From the NCBI GenBank assembly GCA_938041455.1, contig CALITO010000021.1, positions 11,909 through 75,908 of the forward strand: a DNA stretch of 64,000 nt. Direction: 5' to 3'. The DNA comes from an uncultured bacterium (lineage in GTDB: Bacteria; Armatimonadota; JACIXR01). Shown in pieces: positions 8,107 to 17,839 of this stretch. The number at the start of each line of letters is the position of its first letter. Positions within the stretch are counted from its first letter, which is position 1. The notes under the pieces were generated by a model that was not told where the DNA came from, searched no databases, and saw only the letters and a program-made list of their open reading frames with translations. A program made the translations under genes and the position numbers.

Positions 8107-9400
8107 CTTCTATCTTTCCCCTAAATCCCCAGAGAAAAGCCTCCTCCGCCTTCACCCGGAGGAGTTTCCCTATGAGTTTCTTATTGCCAGGGAAAATGAC
8201 AGTCTTATGCTCCCTCGTCTTTCCCATAAGGAGCCCCTTCCCCTTAGGGTCTTCTCCCTCTACGAGCACCTCCATACTTCTGCCCACTAGTCTCATGTTC
8301 TTTCTCCTGCTTATCTCGTTCTGAAGCACTATCAATTCCCTTAAGCGGCTCATTTTCTCCTCTTGCTCCACTTGTTCGGGTAGTTTCTCAGCCAAAGTCC
8401 CGGGGCGAGGAGAAAAAGCGAACATAAAAGCCTGGTCGAATTCTATCTCCTCAAATGTCCGTAGGGTATTGCGGAACTCTTCCTTACCTTCCCCCGGAAA
8501 ACCAACCATCACATCAGTGGTAAGGGAGACATCGGGGATCCTTTCCCTTATCTTCCTCACCAGTTCCTTATAGTATGAGACTGTGTAGCCTCTCCTCATC
8601 AACTGGAGAATCTTGTCATCCCCCGCTTGGATGGGGAGGTGAATCCAATGGCACACTTGAGGAACGGAAGCAATGGCTTCTATGAGTTGGGGGGAGAAGT
8701 CCCTTGGATGGGATGTGGTGAATTTTATCCTCTTGATGGGTAATTTTCCCAAAGCATAGAGAAGGTCGGGAAAAGAACGAGTATTTCCCAAATCCTTACC
8801 GTAAGCGTTTACATTCTGCCCCAGTAGGATTATCTCTATTACCCCCTCATCTACCAATCTTTTAGCCTCCTCTACTATCTCCTCAAGTGGTCTACTTCTT
8901 TCTCTTCCCCTTACAAAGGGGACAATACAATAGGAGCAGAAATTATTACATCCGAAGATGATGGGTAAGTAGGCTTGGAAGTTTTTCTCTCTCAAGGTAG
9001 GGAGGGGGGGAGAACAGCCATTTATATCCAACGCTACTATCTTTTTTGTTCTCGCTTCCTCCACTATGGAGGCGATATTCTGCACTTGTCCCGTGCCGAG
9101 GAGGAAATCAACAGCGGGGAAGCGGTGGAGGAGTTCCTCTCCCATCCTCTGCGCCATACAGCCCGCCACCCCCAAGAGGATATGGGGTTTCTGGGTCTTC
9201 AGTTTGGCAAGATAGCCCAGCTCACTGAGGGCTTTTTCCTCCGGCTTCTTTCTTACTGAGCAAGTGTTGATTATGAGTAGGTCGGCATCAAGTGGGGAAG
9301 AGGAAGGTTCCCAGCCTTTTTGACGGAGGATTCCCAACATCGCCTGGCTATCCCACTCGTTCATTTGGCAGCCGAAAGTATCTATCCAAACCTTGGGCAT
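8081..9400 (-). CDS. miaB: tRNA-2-methylthio-N6-dimethylallyladenosine synthase
   Basis: TFGCQMNEWDS, NTCSVR, GCMAQ, GCNNFCSYCIVP and C-terminal TRAM domain. The start is more likely ATG 9400 than the track's 9439. Confidence 0.95.
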   Translation of the reverse strand: MPKVWIDTFGCQMNEWDSQAMLGILRQKGWEPSSSPLDADLLIINTCSVRKKPEEKALSELGYLAKLKTQKPHILLGVAGCMAQRMGEELLHRFPAVDFLLGTGQVQNIASIVEEARTKKIVALDINGCSPPLPTLREKNFQAYLPIIFGCNNFCSYCIVPFVRGRERSRPLEEIVEEAKRLVDEGVIEIILLGQNVNAYGKDLGNTRSFPDLLYALGKLPIKRIKFTTSHPRDFSPQLIEAIASVPQVCHWIHLPIQAGDDKILQLMRRGYTVSYYKELVRKIRERIPDVSLTTDVMVGFPGEGKEEFRNTLRTFEEIEFDQAFMFAFSPRPGTLAEKLPEQVEQEEKMSRLRELIVLQNEISRRKNMRLVGRSMEVLVEGEDPKGKGLLMGKTREHKTVIFPGNKKLIGKLLRVKAEEAFLWGFRGKIEDEEREGKG

Positions 9401-9465
9401 TTCTTGATAAATTTTAACTCGCCGGAATAAGCAAGGCAAGAGGAGGTATACTTCCCTCCCTTTGT

Positions 9466-9494
9466 TTGCTATTAGTGAAAGAAAATGTTATAAT
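9466..9494 (+). promoter_or_regulatory. sigma70 promoter of the ftsH operon
   Basis: TTGCTA-N17-TATAAT with extended TG; only 9 nt before the GTG start. Confidence 0.7.
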
Positions 9495-9503
9495 TGAGTT
9501 AAA

Positions 9504-11324
9504 GTGGAAAGAAGAAACTCTAGCCTGATATTTTTGATGTTGTTCTTTTTCTTCCTCATTCTATTGATGAGGGGTTCAATTACCTACAATATGGGGGTGG
9601 AGAAGTATGGGTATAGTGAGTTCCTTGAAAAGGTTGAGAAAGGGGAAGTATTGAAGTGCGTAATTGGAAGGGGGGAGGTAAGTGGGGAACTCAAAAATGG
9701 CACCCACTTCATCACACGGTTTCTTCCCGAGTTAGTAGGACCGGAGTTGGAAAAAACGCTGAAGAAGAACGGCGTTCGTTTCACTTATAGGACTCCCCTT
9801 CTATCCGAGGGTTGGCAGAATCTCCTCTTTTACCTTATTCTGCCCATTTTCGTCCTTGTAATCTTCTGGTCCTTGTTCTTACGGGGGATGCAAGCGGGGA
9901 ATAGGGAGGCTTTCACATTTGCGAGAAGTAGGGCCAGGAAATATACCCCTGCGAACATTCCCCGAGTGACCTTCAATGATGTAGCGGGAGCAGATGAGGC
10001 GAAGCAGGAGCTACAAGAGATAGTGGAGTTTCTCAAAAATCCCCGCAAGTTTCAAGCTTTGGGCGCTAAGATACCGAAAGGAGTTCTTCTTTATGGACCG
10101 CCAGGTTGTGGAAAAACCCTTCTGGCGAGGGCTGTTGCTGGGGAGGCGAATGTTCCTTTCTTCCACATCTCCGGTTCGGAATTCGTGGAGATGTTTGTGG
10201 GGGTGGGAGCAGCGAGGGTGAGGGACCTCTTCGACCAGGCTAAAGCAAATGCTCCCTGCCTTATCTTCATAGACGAGATAGATGCTGTAGGAAGGCAGAG
10301 GGGCACGGGATTGGGCGGTGGACATGATGAGAGGGAGCAGACGCTGAATCAGATATTGGCGGAAATGGACGGCTTCGATCCCAATATAGGTGTCATAGTG
10401 CTCGCCGCAACGAACCGTCCGGATGTCTTGGACCCCGCCCTCCTCCGGCCGGGAAGATTCGACCGCCATATCGTAATAGACCATCCCGATTTGAAAGGGC
10501 GTCTGGAAATCCTCAAGGTGCATACTCAAAATAAACCTCTCGGGGAGGATGTGGACCTGGAAATGATTGCTCGGAGGACGCCGGGCTTCTCCGGTGCCGA
10601 TTTGGCTAACTTGGTGAACGAGGCAGCCCTCCTAGCGGCGAGGTTGGGGAAACATAAGATAACGATGTCCGAAATGGAGGAGGCGATAGAGAGGGTGGTG
10701 GCCGGTCCCCAGAGAAGAAGCAGAGTTATAAGCGAGAAGGAAAAGAAATTGGTTGCCTACCACGAGGTAGGGCACGCACTCGTCGCTAAAATGTTGCCCA
10801 ATGCTAATCCCGTGCATAAGATATCCATCTTACCCAGGGGTATGGCTCTGGGATATACCCTTCAATTCCCCGAGCAGGATAAATACATAATTACAAAATC
10901 AGAGCTAATGGATGAACTCTCCGCCCTTTTAGCGGGAAGGGCAGCGGAGGAAATAGTATTTGGGGAGACGACAACAGGGGCACAGAACGACCTCCAAAGG
11001 GCAACGGATATAGCAAGGCGGATGGTATGCGAACTGGGGATGTCGGAAAGAATAGGACCAATAACCCTTGGAAGAAGACATGGAAACCCCTTCCTGGGTA
11101 GGGATATATTTGAGGATAGGAATTACTCCGATGAAGTAGCGAGGTTGATAGATGAGGAGGTGAAGAACATAATAGAAACGAACTACAAAAGGGCGGAGGA
11201 AATACTGCGGGAAAATAGGGATGTGTTGGAGAAGTTGGTGGGGATACTACTCCAAAAAGAAACGCTTGAGAAAGAGGAGATAGACCGTATTCTATCCGAT
11301 GGGGAAGATTCTCAGCAGTCCTAA
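9504..11324 (+). CDS. ftsH: ATP-dependent zinc metalloprotease FtsH
   Basis: Two TM helices, [40 protein letters not shown]. Confidence 0.98.
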   Translation: MERRNSSLIFLMLFFFFLILLMRGSITYNMGVEKYGYSEFLEKVEKGEVLKCVIGRGEVSGELKNGTHFITRFLPELVGPELEKTLKKNGVRFTYRTPLLSEGWQNLLFYLILPIFVLVIFWSLFLRGMQAGNREAFTFARSRARKYTPANIPRVTFNDVAGADEAKQELQEIVEFLKNPRKFQALGAKIPKGVLLYGPPGCGKTLLARAVAGEANVPFFHISGSEFVEMFVGVGAARVRDLFDQAKANAPCLIFIDEIDAVGRQRGTGLGGGHDEREQTLNQILAEMDGFDPNIGVIVLAATNRPDVLDPALLRPGRFDRHIVIDHPDLKGRLEILKVHTQNKPLGEDVDLEMIARRTPGFSGADLANLVNEAALLAARLGKHKITMSEMEEAIERVVAGPQRRSRVISEKEKKLVAYHEVGHALVAKMLPNANPVHKISILPRGMALGYTLQFPEQDKYIITKSELMDELSALLAGRAAEEIVFGETTTGAQNDLQRATDIARRMVCELGMSERIGPITLGRRHGNPFLGRDIFEDRNYSDEVARLIDEEVKNIIETNYKRAEEILRENRDVLEKLVGILLQKETLEKEEIDRILSDGEDSQQS

Positions 11325-12186
11325 CTTCAGCGAGGGAAGTTCTCCCCAGATACTGGAGGAAATCGTTTCACTTGCGAGAAATAAGAAAAATGTCAAGTTA
11401 ATAGATTACTCCTCTGACGCCGACCATAACCGTTCCGTAGTGAGTATTATAGGGGAAGCGGAGGCTGTTATTGAAGTGCTCTTAGAAATGTCCCGCAAGG
11501 CGGTTTCCCTTATAAACTTGAATAACCACAAGGGACAGCATCCTCGGTGTGGAGCTATAGATGTGATTCCTCTTATTCCCCTTCAGGGAATTAGCCTGGA
11601 GGAATGTGTTCGTATTGCTCACAAATTAGGGGAGCGTTTAGCAGAGGAGCTCGGGCTTCCCGTCTACTTCTATGGTGAGGCGGCGTTCAGGGAGGAGAGG
11701 AGAGACCTCTCCGATGTGAGAAGAGGTGGGTTAGAAGCAATGGCGGAGGATATGAGACAAGGAAAGAGATTGCCCGATATAGGTCCACCCAGTCCCCATC
11801 CCACCGCTGGATGTGTGATTGTTGGGGTGCGCGACTTCCTCGTTGCCTTCAATGTTAATCTCGCCACTTCAAACCTTGATATAGCAAGGAGAATTGCCTC
11901 CCTTGTGAGGGAGAGGGGTGGTGGATTGGTGGGTGTGAAGGCGCTCGGCATAGACCTCCCATCAAGAGGTAAGGTGCAGGTCTCTATGAATATAACGATG
12001 CCCCTTAAAACGCCCTTATATAGAGTGCTTGAGTTGGTCAAATTGGAGGCTAAACGCTATGGAGTGGAGGTGGAATCCACGGAGATAGTAGGTCCTGTTC
12101 CCCTCAAAGTGCTTATTGAAACTCTTTCTTATTATCTTTCCCTAAGGGATTTCAAAATAGAACAGATAGTAGATATCCATATATAA
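11299..12186 (+). CDS. ftcD: Glutamate formimidoyltransferase (stand-alone FT domain)
   Basis: PNFSEG, DADHNRSV, HKGQHPRCGAIDVIP, HPTAG, VQVSMN; no cyclodeaminase domain. Confidence 0.9.
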   Translation: MGKILSSPNFSEGSSPQILEEIVSLARNKKNVKLIDYSSDADHNRSVVSIIGEAEAVIEVLLEMSRKAVSLINLNNHKGQHPRCGAIDVIPLIPLQGISLEECVRIAHKLGERLAEELGLPVYFYGEAAFREERRDLSDVRRGGLEAMAEDMRQGKRLPDIGPPSPHPTAGCVIVGVRDFLVAFNVNLATSNLDIARRIASLVRERGGGLVGVKALGIDLPSRGKVQVSMNITMPLKTPLYRVLELVKLEAKRYGVEVESTEIVGPVPLKVLIETLSYYLSLRDFKIEQIVDIHI

Positions 12187-12203
12187 AAGGAGTGATCTCC
12201 CCC

Positions 12204-12752
12204 GTGGATAAAGAGAGAATAGAAAAGGCTGTGAGAGAGATACTGTTTGCTATAGGGGAGAATCCGGAGCGTGAGGGGTTGAGGGAAACCCCAAGAAGGG
12301 TGGCGGAGGCGATGGAGGAATTATTGAAGGGATATGAGTTGAAGGAAGACGATTTCACCGTCTTTCAAAACCAATCCCAAGAAACAGTGATATTAAGAGA
12401 TATCCCCTTCTTTTCCCTCTGTGAGCACCATCTCCTACCTTTTATCGGCAAGGCACATATCGCTTATATACCCCAGGGCAAGATAGCGGGAGTAAGCAAG
12501 CTCGTGCGCGTAGTGGATAAGTATGCCCACAGGTTGCAAGTGCAGGAGAGATTGACCGAGGAGATAACGAATGAACTTTGGGAGAAGGTCCAGCCGAAGG
12601 GCTTGTTGGTGCTATTGGAAGCTGAGCATCTATGTATGACATTAAGGGGGGTGAGGAGTCCGGGTTCGCTCGTGGTGACGCTGGGGGTAAGAGGGATATA
12701 CGAGGAACAGGAATCTCTGCGTAATGCAGTGCTCTCTTTGTTAGGAAGATGA
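12204..12752 (+). CDS. folE: GTP cyclohydrolase I
   Basis: GLRETPRRV, SLCEHHLLPF, GVSKL, RLQVQERLT, HLCMTLRG. GTG 12204 fits the SD better than 12192. Confidence 0.96.
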   Translation: MDKERIEKAVREILFAIGENPEREGLRETPRRVAEAMEELLKGYELKEDDFTVFQNQSQETVILRDIPFFSLCEHHLLPFIGKAHIAYIPQGKIAGVSKLVRVVDKYAHRLQVQERLTEEITNELWEKVQPKGLLVLLEAEHLCMTLRGVRSPGSLVVTLGVRGIYEEQESLRNAVLSLLGR

Positions 12753-13960
12753 GAGGGATAAGGATTTTGGAGATAGCGAAAGAGGAACTATCAAGGGAGA
12801 TGAAGAGGGTGGGGGCATCGGAGGAAGGGATCAAGCGTATGCTTCCCAAAGGGGAGTTCGTCAAAATTTTCCTGCCCGGTATTCCTTATACCATAGCAAA
12901 CATAATTAAACAGAAGATGCTTTCTTTAGGGGGGGAAACCGCAGTATCAAGGGATACTGTTAAGGGAGGGGAAGGGGTGACGGATTGTCTTATTTTGGGC
13001 ACAGGAAAGCAGATAGAAGAATTGATAACTTATCTCAAAGAGCAGCCATTTTCCACCCTTAGGGAAATCGTTGAGGAATTGGAGACGGTTAGGGGGAATT
13101 ATGGAAAGAAAGAGTGGCTTTTGCCCTTCCCACGCCATCCCTTAGCGATTAGAGGAAAGCCTTTAATAATGGGTATTCTCAATGTCACTCCCGATTCCTT
13201 TTATGATGGTGGGAGATATAGCAGAGTTGAGTTAGCCTTAAATTGGGCTGAGAAGATGGTGGAAGAAGGAGCTGATATAATAGATGTGGGAGGGGAATCC
13301 ACTCGTCCAGGGTCAGAGAGGGTGAGTGTGGAGGAGGAATTAAGGAGGGTCTTACCAGTAGTCAAGGAACTAGTGAAAAGGATAGATGTGCCAATATCCA
13401 TTGATACATATAAGGCCGAGGTCGCTCGTTTAGCAATAGAGGAAGGGGCGGAGATGGTGAACGATATAAGCGCTATGAGATTTGACAAGGAGATGGTGGA
13501 GGTAGTGAGGGAGAGGGAGGTGCCGGTGGTGCTTATGCATATGAAGGGAACTCCTAAGGATATGCAAGAGAATCCTTTTTATGTGGATGTGATGGGCGAG
13601 ATATATGAGTTCCTTTTGCGTAGAGCGGAATGGGCTATGGGAAAGGGAATAAAGAAGGAGAACATAGTTATTGACCCTGGAATCGGCTTTGGGAAAAGGA
13701 CGATCGACAATTTAGAAATCATAAGGCGCCTGCCGGAGTTGAAATCCTTGGGCTTTCCTATTCTCATAGGTCCGTCTCGCAAATCGTTCATAGGAAACAT
13801 CTTAGGAGGGTTGCCACCTGAGGAGCGTTTGGAGGGCACCGCTTCCGCGGTTGCTATAGCGGTGCTCAAGGGGGCGAATATAATAAGGGTGCACGATGTG
13901 GGGGCTATGAAGAAAGTAGTGGAGGTAGCCTACGCAATATCTGGGGAAGAGGATAAATAA
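12749..13960 (+). CDS. folP: Dihydropteroate synthase with ~130-aa N-terminal extension
   Basis: MGILNVTPDSFYDGG, GGESTRPG, IDPGIGFGK, SRKSF, RVHDV. Confidence 0.96.
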   Translation: MRGIRILEIAKEELSREMKRVGASEEGIKRMLPKGEFVKIFLPGIPYTIANIIKQKMLSLGGETAVSRDTVKGGEGVTDCLILGTGKQIEELITYLKEQPFSTLREIVEELETVRGNYGKKEWLLPFPRHPLAIRGKPLIMGILNVTPDSFYDGGRYSRVELALNWAEKMVEEGADIIDVGGESTRPGSERVSVEEELRRVLPVVKELVKRIDVPISIDTYKAEVARLAIEEGAEMVNDISAMRFDKEMVEVVREREVPVVLMHMKGTPKDMQENPFYVDVMGEIYEFLLRRAEWAMGKGIKKENIVIDPGIGFGKRTIDNLEIIRRLPELKSLGFPILIGPSRKSFIGNILGGLPPEERLEGTASAVAIAVLKGANIIRVHDVGAMKKVVEVAYAISGEEDK

Positions 13961-14014
13961 GAGGCGAGGGTGGTTCTTAACTGTCAGTTTCCTGCTGGCA
14001 TACCCCATTTTATT

Positions 14015-14043
14015 TTGACTTTTACCTCCTCCTTCTTTATATT
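14015..14043 (+). promoter_or_regulatory. sigma70 promoter of the LeuD-like/IDH/fumarase operon
   Basis: TTGACT-N17-TATATT, followed by SD AAGGAGG. Confidence 0.6.
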
Positions 14044-14075
14044 TCTAATATGAATCTTTGAAGGAGGTCCCTTTT

Positions 14076-14588
14076 ATGAGGATTAAAGGATATGCGCGGC
14101 GCCTACCCATAGACGATGATATAAACACGGATTACATAATATCGGGGCGTTATAAATTCCAAACAGAGGATATATCTCAAATGGCGCGCCATATATTTGA
14201 GGATTTAGATCCCAACTTTTACGAGAAAATTAAGGAGGGTGACATCGTTGTAGCGGGAAAAAACTTTGGCTGCGGTTCCTCCAGGGAGCAGGCTCCCCGT
14301 GCTCTAAAAGCAGCTGGGCTATCCTGCGTAGTTGCTAAATCATTCGCCCGCATATTCTACCGCAATTGCATCAATATCGGGTTCCCTTTGGTAGAGGCGG
14401 ATACCACCGATATAAGGGATGGTGAACCCTTAGAGATAGACTTGGATAAAGGTATAATCTACCTTCCAGAGAGGGGTAAGAAAATCCCCTTTAAGCCCTT
14501 ACCCCCCTTTATGCAAAAGCTCCTTCAGGATGGAGGGCTTGTGCCCCACCTCCTCAAACACAAAGGGTTCTTGATAGAAGAAAAGTAG
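14076..14588 (+). CDS. LeuD/HacB-type small (swivel) subunit of an aconitase-family hydro-lyase
   Basis: [29 protein letters not shown]; ATG 14076 follows AAGGAGG. Confidence 0.9.
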   Translation: MRIKGYARRLPIDDDINTDYIISGRYKFQTEDISQMARHIFEDLDPNFYEKIKEGDIVVAGKNFGCGSSREQAPRALKAAGLSCVVAKSFARIFYRNCINIGFPLVEADTTDIRDGEPLEIDLDKGIIYLPERGKKIPFKPLPPFMQKLLQDGGLVPHLLKHKGFLIEEK

Positions 14589-14605
14589 AGAAAGGAGGTT
14601 AGGAA

Positions 14606-15655
14606 ATGTATAGAGTAACATTTATCCCCGGAGACGGAGTGGGACCAGATGTTGCTTACTCAGCGAGGAAGGTCGTGGAAGCAAGTGGTGTCCAAGTGGA
14701 ATGGGAGGAGAAGATAGCTGGTGAACCAGCAATTGAAAAATATAACACCCCACTCCCTGACGATACACTGGAATCCATTAAAAGAAACAAAGTTGCCCTT
14801 AAGGGACCCATAACCACTCCCATAGGGGAAGGGTACCGTTCCGTCAATGTCCTCCTTCGCCAGCTCCTCAACCTCTATGCCTGCTTACGTCCTGCTCGTT
14901 CTATTCCAGGCATCAAGACCTCTTTCCCCAATGTAGATTTGGTGATAGTAAGGGAAAATACAGAGGATGTTTACAGTGGCGTGGAATTTCCCCCTCATTC
15001 TGAGGAAGCGAAGAAAATCATAGCACTTTGCGAGGGAAAAGTGCGCGAGGATTCCGCCATAACATTGAAACCAATCTCATTCTATGCCTCCGAGAAAATA
15101 GTTAGGTTCGCATTCCGTTATGCCCTTGAACATAATCGCAAGAAGGTCACCTGTGTCACAAAAGCAAACATTATGAAGTTCACCGATGGGCTCTTTTTAG
15201 AAGCAGCAAGAAAAGTAGCGAAGGAATTTCCCCAAATAGAGTTTGAGGAACGTCTCGTGGACAATATGGCTATGCAACTCGTTCAGAAACCTCATCTTTA
15301 CGATGTCATCGTGACTCCCAACCTTTACGGGGATATATTATCTGACCTTTGCGCTGGACTAATAGGTGGGCTCGGGGTTGCCCCAGGCGCTAATATGGGG
15401 GATGACGCGGCGGTTTTCGAACCAGTGCACGGCAGTGCCCCCAAGTATAAGGGGATGAACAAGGTGAATCCCACCGCCGCTATCCTCTCCGCAGCTATGA
15501 TGCTTGATTACCTCGGGGAGAAGTCCGCAAGCCAGAGAATAGAAAAAGCGGTAAGGGCAGTTATATCTGAGGGTAAGTGGCTTACATATGATTTGGGAGG
15601 TAGCGCCTCTACAACAGATATGACGGAGGCGATAATAGATAAAATAGGTGAATGA
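14606..15655 (+). CDS. icd: Isocitrate/homoisocitrate dehydrogenase (beta-decarboxylating dehydrogenase family)
   Basis: [22 protein letters not shown] (IDH-like S-x-N), [28 protein letters not shown]. Confidence 0.8.
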   Translation: MYRVTFIPGDGVGPDVAYSARKVVEASGVQVEWEEKIAGEPAIEKYNTPLPDDTLESIKRNKVALKGPITTPIGEGYRSVNVLLRQLLNLYACLRPARSIPGIKTSFPNVDLVIVRENTEDVYSGVEFPPHSEEAKKIIALCEGKVREDSAITLKPISFYASEKIVRFAFRYALEHNRKKVTCVTKANIMKFTDGLFLEAARKVAKEFPQIEFEERLVDNMAMQLVQKPHLYDVIVTPNLYGDILSDLCAGLIGGLGVAPGANMGDDAAVFEPVHGSAPKYKGMNKVNPTAAILSAAMMLDYLGEKSASQRIEKAVRAVISEGKWLTYDLGGSASTTDMTEAIIDKIGE

Positions 15656-16518
15656 GAGAAGGGAAAATATTCGTTCCAACATCCCTTTTGAAGGATATCG
15701 TCTATAAACTCGTCAGGGAGGCGAGTGTTTCTCTTCATCCTCGTTATCTTGAGGAGTTGAGAAGAAGAAAGGAAGAGGAGACCTCTCCTAATGCCCAGTG
15801 GATACTTGACCAACTTCTGAAAAATGTAGAAATCGCAAGGCGAGATAATCTCCCCCTCTGTCAGGATACTGGCTATGTGCTCGTTTTTATCTCCCTAGGA
15901 AAGGGTATCTGCCTTCCCCCGGATGTTCAAACTACCATAGACGAGGCGGTGCGGAAAGTTTATAAGGAAGCTCTTCTCAGAGCTTCTATGGTTTCCCATC
16001 CCTTGCAGAGGCTTAATACAAAAGATAATACCCCTGCGGTGGTCCACATAGAAGAGACTACAGGTGATGGTTTGGAGATAGATGTTATGCTAAAAGGGGG
16101 AGGTTCGGAAAACGCCTCCGCCCTGAAGATGCTTTCACCTGCTGAGGGGGAGAAGGGAATTCGTAGGCTCGTGCTCCAAACTTTGAGAAAAACCGCTTGG
16201 AATGCCTGCCCTCCTCTAATATTAGGGATAGGGATAGGGGGAACGATGGAGAAATCCGCCTATTTAGCAAAGAAAGCCCTTCTCAACTGGGCTAAAGGGA
16301 AGGAGATGGACGATTGGGAGACAAGTTTGATGGAGGACATTAACCGGCTGGGAATTGGACCAGGAGGGGTAGGGGGTAAGCTCACCTGTTTGGGGGTGAG
16401 CATTGAAACCGCTCCCTGCCACATAGCTACCTTGCCAGTTTCTTTGAATGTCCAGTGTTATGCGACGAGGATCACAAGCCTGTGGCTATCCAAAGACGAG
16501 ATAAGAAGAAGGGAATAG
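15652..16518 (+). CDS. Fe-S fumarate hydratase/tartrate dehydratase alpha subunit
   Basis: [28 protein letters not shown]. Confidence 0.9.
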   Translation: MREGKIFVPTSLLKDIVYKLVREASVSLHPRYLEELRRRKEEETSPNAQWILDQLLKNVEIARRDNLPLCQDTGYVLVFISLGKGICLPPDVQTTIDEAVRKVYKEALLRASMVSHPLQRLNTKDNTPAVVHIEETTGDGLEIDVMLKGGGSENASALKMLSPAEGEKGIRRLVLQTLRKTAWNACPPLILGIGIGGTMEKSAYLAKKALLNWAKGKEMDDWETSLMEDINRLGIGPGGVGGKLTCLGVSIETAPCHIATLPVSLNVQCYATRITSLWLSKDEIRRRE

Positions 16519-16522
16519 GATT

Positions 16523-17755
16523 TTAAACCCCATTGTGCCTCTCGGAACTCCCTTTTATGCGATATATGTGGACATCATAGGGGCGGAAATCGTCTTCAAA
16601 AAGTCCTTTCACCAAGGGAATTTCTCGCTTTTCTCCTATTACCTCCGCCTTAGCTTTATTAGGAACATTTCTTAGCTGGAAAGAAGCTCTTGTAGGTGCG
16701 TTTCTCATCGCTACAGCGAAGAGATAGGTAGCGCCTCCATACCGCTTAACCATGGTATGGACGGGCACATCAGGGTTTTGGGAACGAACCTCCACCTCGT
16801 CCTTGAGGGAAGGACTATTTAAGATGGGAGCTAATTCCTGAATTTGCTTGTTGATTTGGGTAACCTCGGCAAGCATTTCGGGGTCCTCAAACAAGCCTGC
16901 TTCCACGAATTTCGGCTCAAACTGGTGAACGAAGTATATCAATCCTTGAGAACCGTGCACGAGTGCCATCCATACCTCTGCCTTCACTTGATAAGGTGTG
17001 GGCTTTTTCTCCAAATTGCTTATGCGTGTGCATTCGATACAGTTCCAAACTATTTTCTCTCCATCAGTTGATTTATTCCAATTGACCCAGGAAAAGAGCC
17101 TCATAACTCCCTTAGCAACATACCAAAGGAGGTTTTCATCGTTCAGACCTGCCACCGGATAGACATCGAAGGAGACGATGTCGCAACCTTTCACATATGT
17201 GAAGTAATCGTCGGGATGAGCACCCACCCCTCGTCCTATCCAGGTATCATTAGCGACACCCTGTCCCAAATTGAGGAGGATGGGACGGTCGGGATCGTTC
17301 AATTTCATCTTCTTATAGCGTTCAACGATTTCCTTGGGAGGGACAGGTCCACCATATATCGGATTGCCCTTTGCATCTTTCCCAATTACCTGTGCATTGT
17401 CAGGTTCATCTTGATGCATCCAGCCGACGATTATAGGGTCATCTTTATGACGAAGTCCTACCTCATTCTGCTCACAGATGACCATCATCCCCGCCTTACG
17501 AAGGGTCTCCAATTGTTCTTCCGTTGGTCCCTTCCACAAGCCAACATAAAGATTGAAGCCTGCCTTTTTGTAATGCTCCGCGTTATCGGGATTTTGTAGC
17601 CAAACCGCTACGGGAAAGAAACTAGGGTCCTCTGGGGGTCCTTTCTTCCAGCGGGCGTAGGGGTTGGTGGGCGTTTGTGCTCCGATGGTCAGCAAATATA
17701 CGCCACTTCCCAAGGCAAAAAGCATCACCAAAACAATCGTCCAGTTCATTTTCAT
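16523..17755 (-). CDS. Secreted putative glycoside hydrolase (TIM-barrel plus beta-sandwich)
   Basis: N-terminal signal/anchor, GWMHQDEPDN, FDVYP, WNCIE. Start ATG 17755 follows GGAGGGG. Confidence 0.55.
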   Translation of the reverse strand: MKMNWTIVLVMLFALGSGVYLLTIGAQTPTNPYARWKKGPPEDPSFFPVAVWLQNPDNAEHYKKAGFNLYVGLWKGPTEEQLETLRKAGMMVICEQNEVGLRHKDDPIIVGWMHQDEPDNAQVIGKDAKGNPIYGGPVPPKEIVERYKKMKLNDPDRPILLNLGQGVANDTWIGRGVGAHPDDYFTYVKGCDIVSFDVYPVAGLNDENLLWYVAKGVMRLFSWVNWNKSTDGEKIVWNCIECTRISNLEKKPTPYQVKAEVWMALVHGSQGLIYFVHQFEPKFVEAGLFEDPEMLAEVTQINKQIQELAPILNSPSLKDEVEVRSQNPDVPVHTMVKRYGGATYLFAVAMRNAPTRASFQLRNVPNKAKAEVIGEKREIPLVKGLFEDDFRPYDVHIYRIKGSSERHNGV

Positions 17756-17839
17756 CTCGTTCCCCTCCACAATATATTCTAATTCCTTTAATACAAAGCA
17801 ATTGTTAAATAATCAAGCAAAATTAAAATTAAGAAAAAG

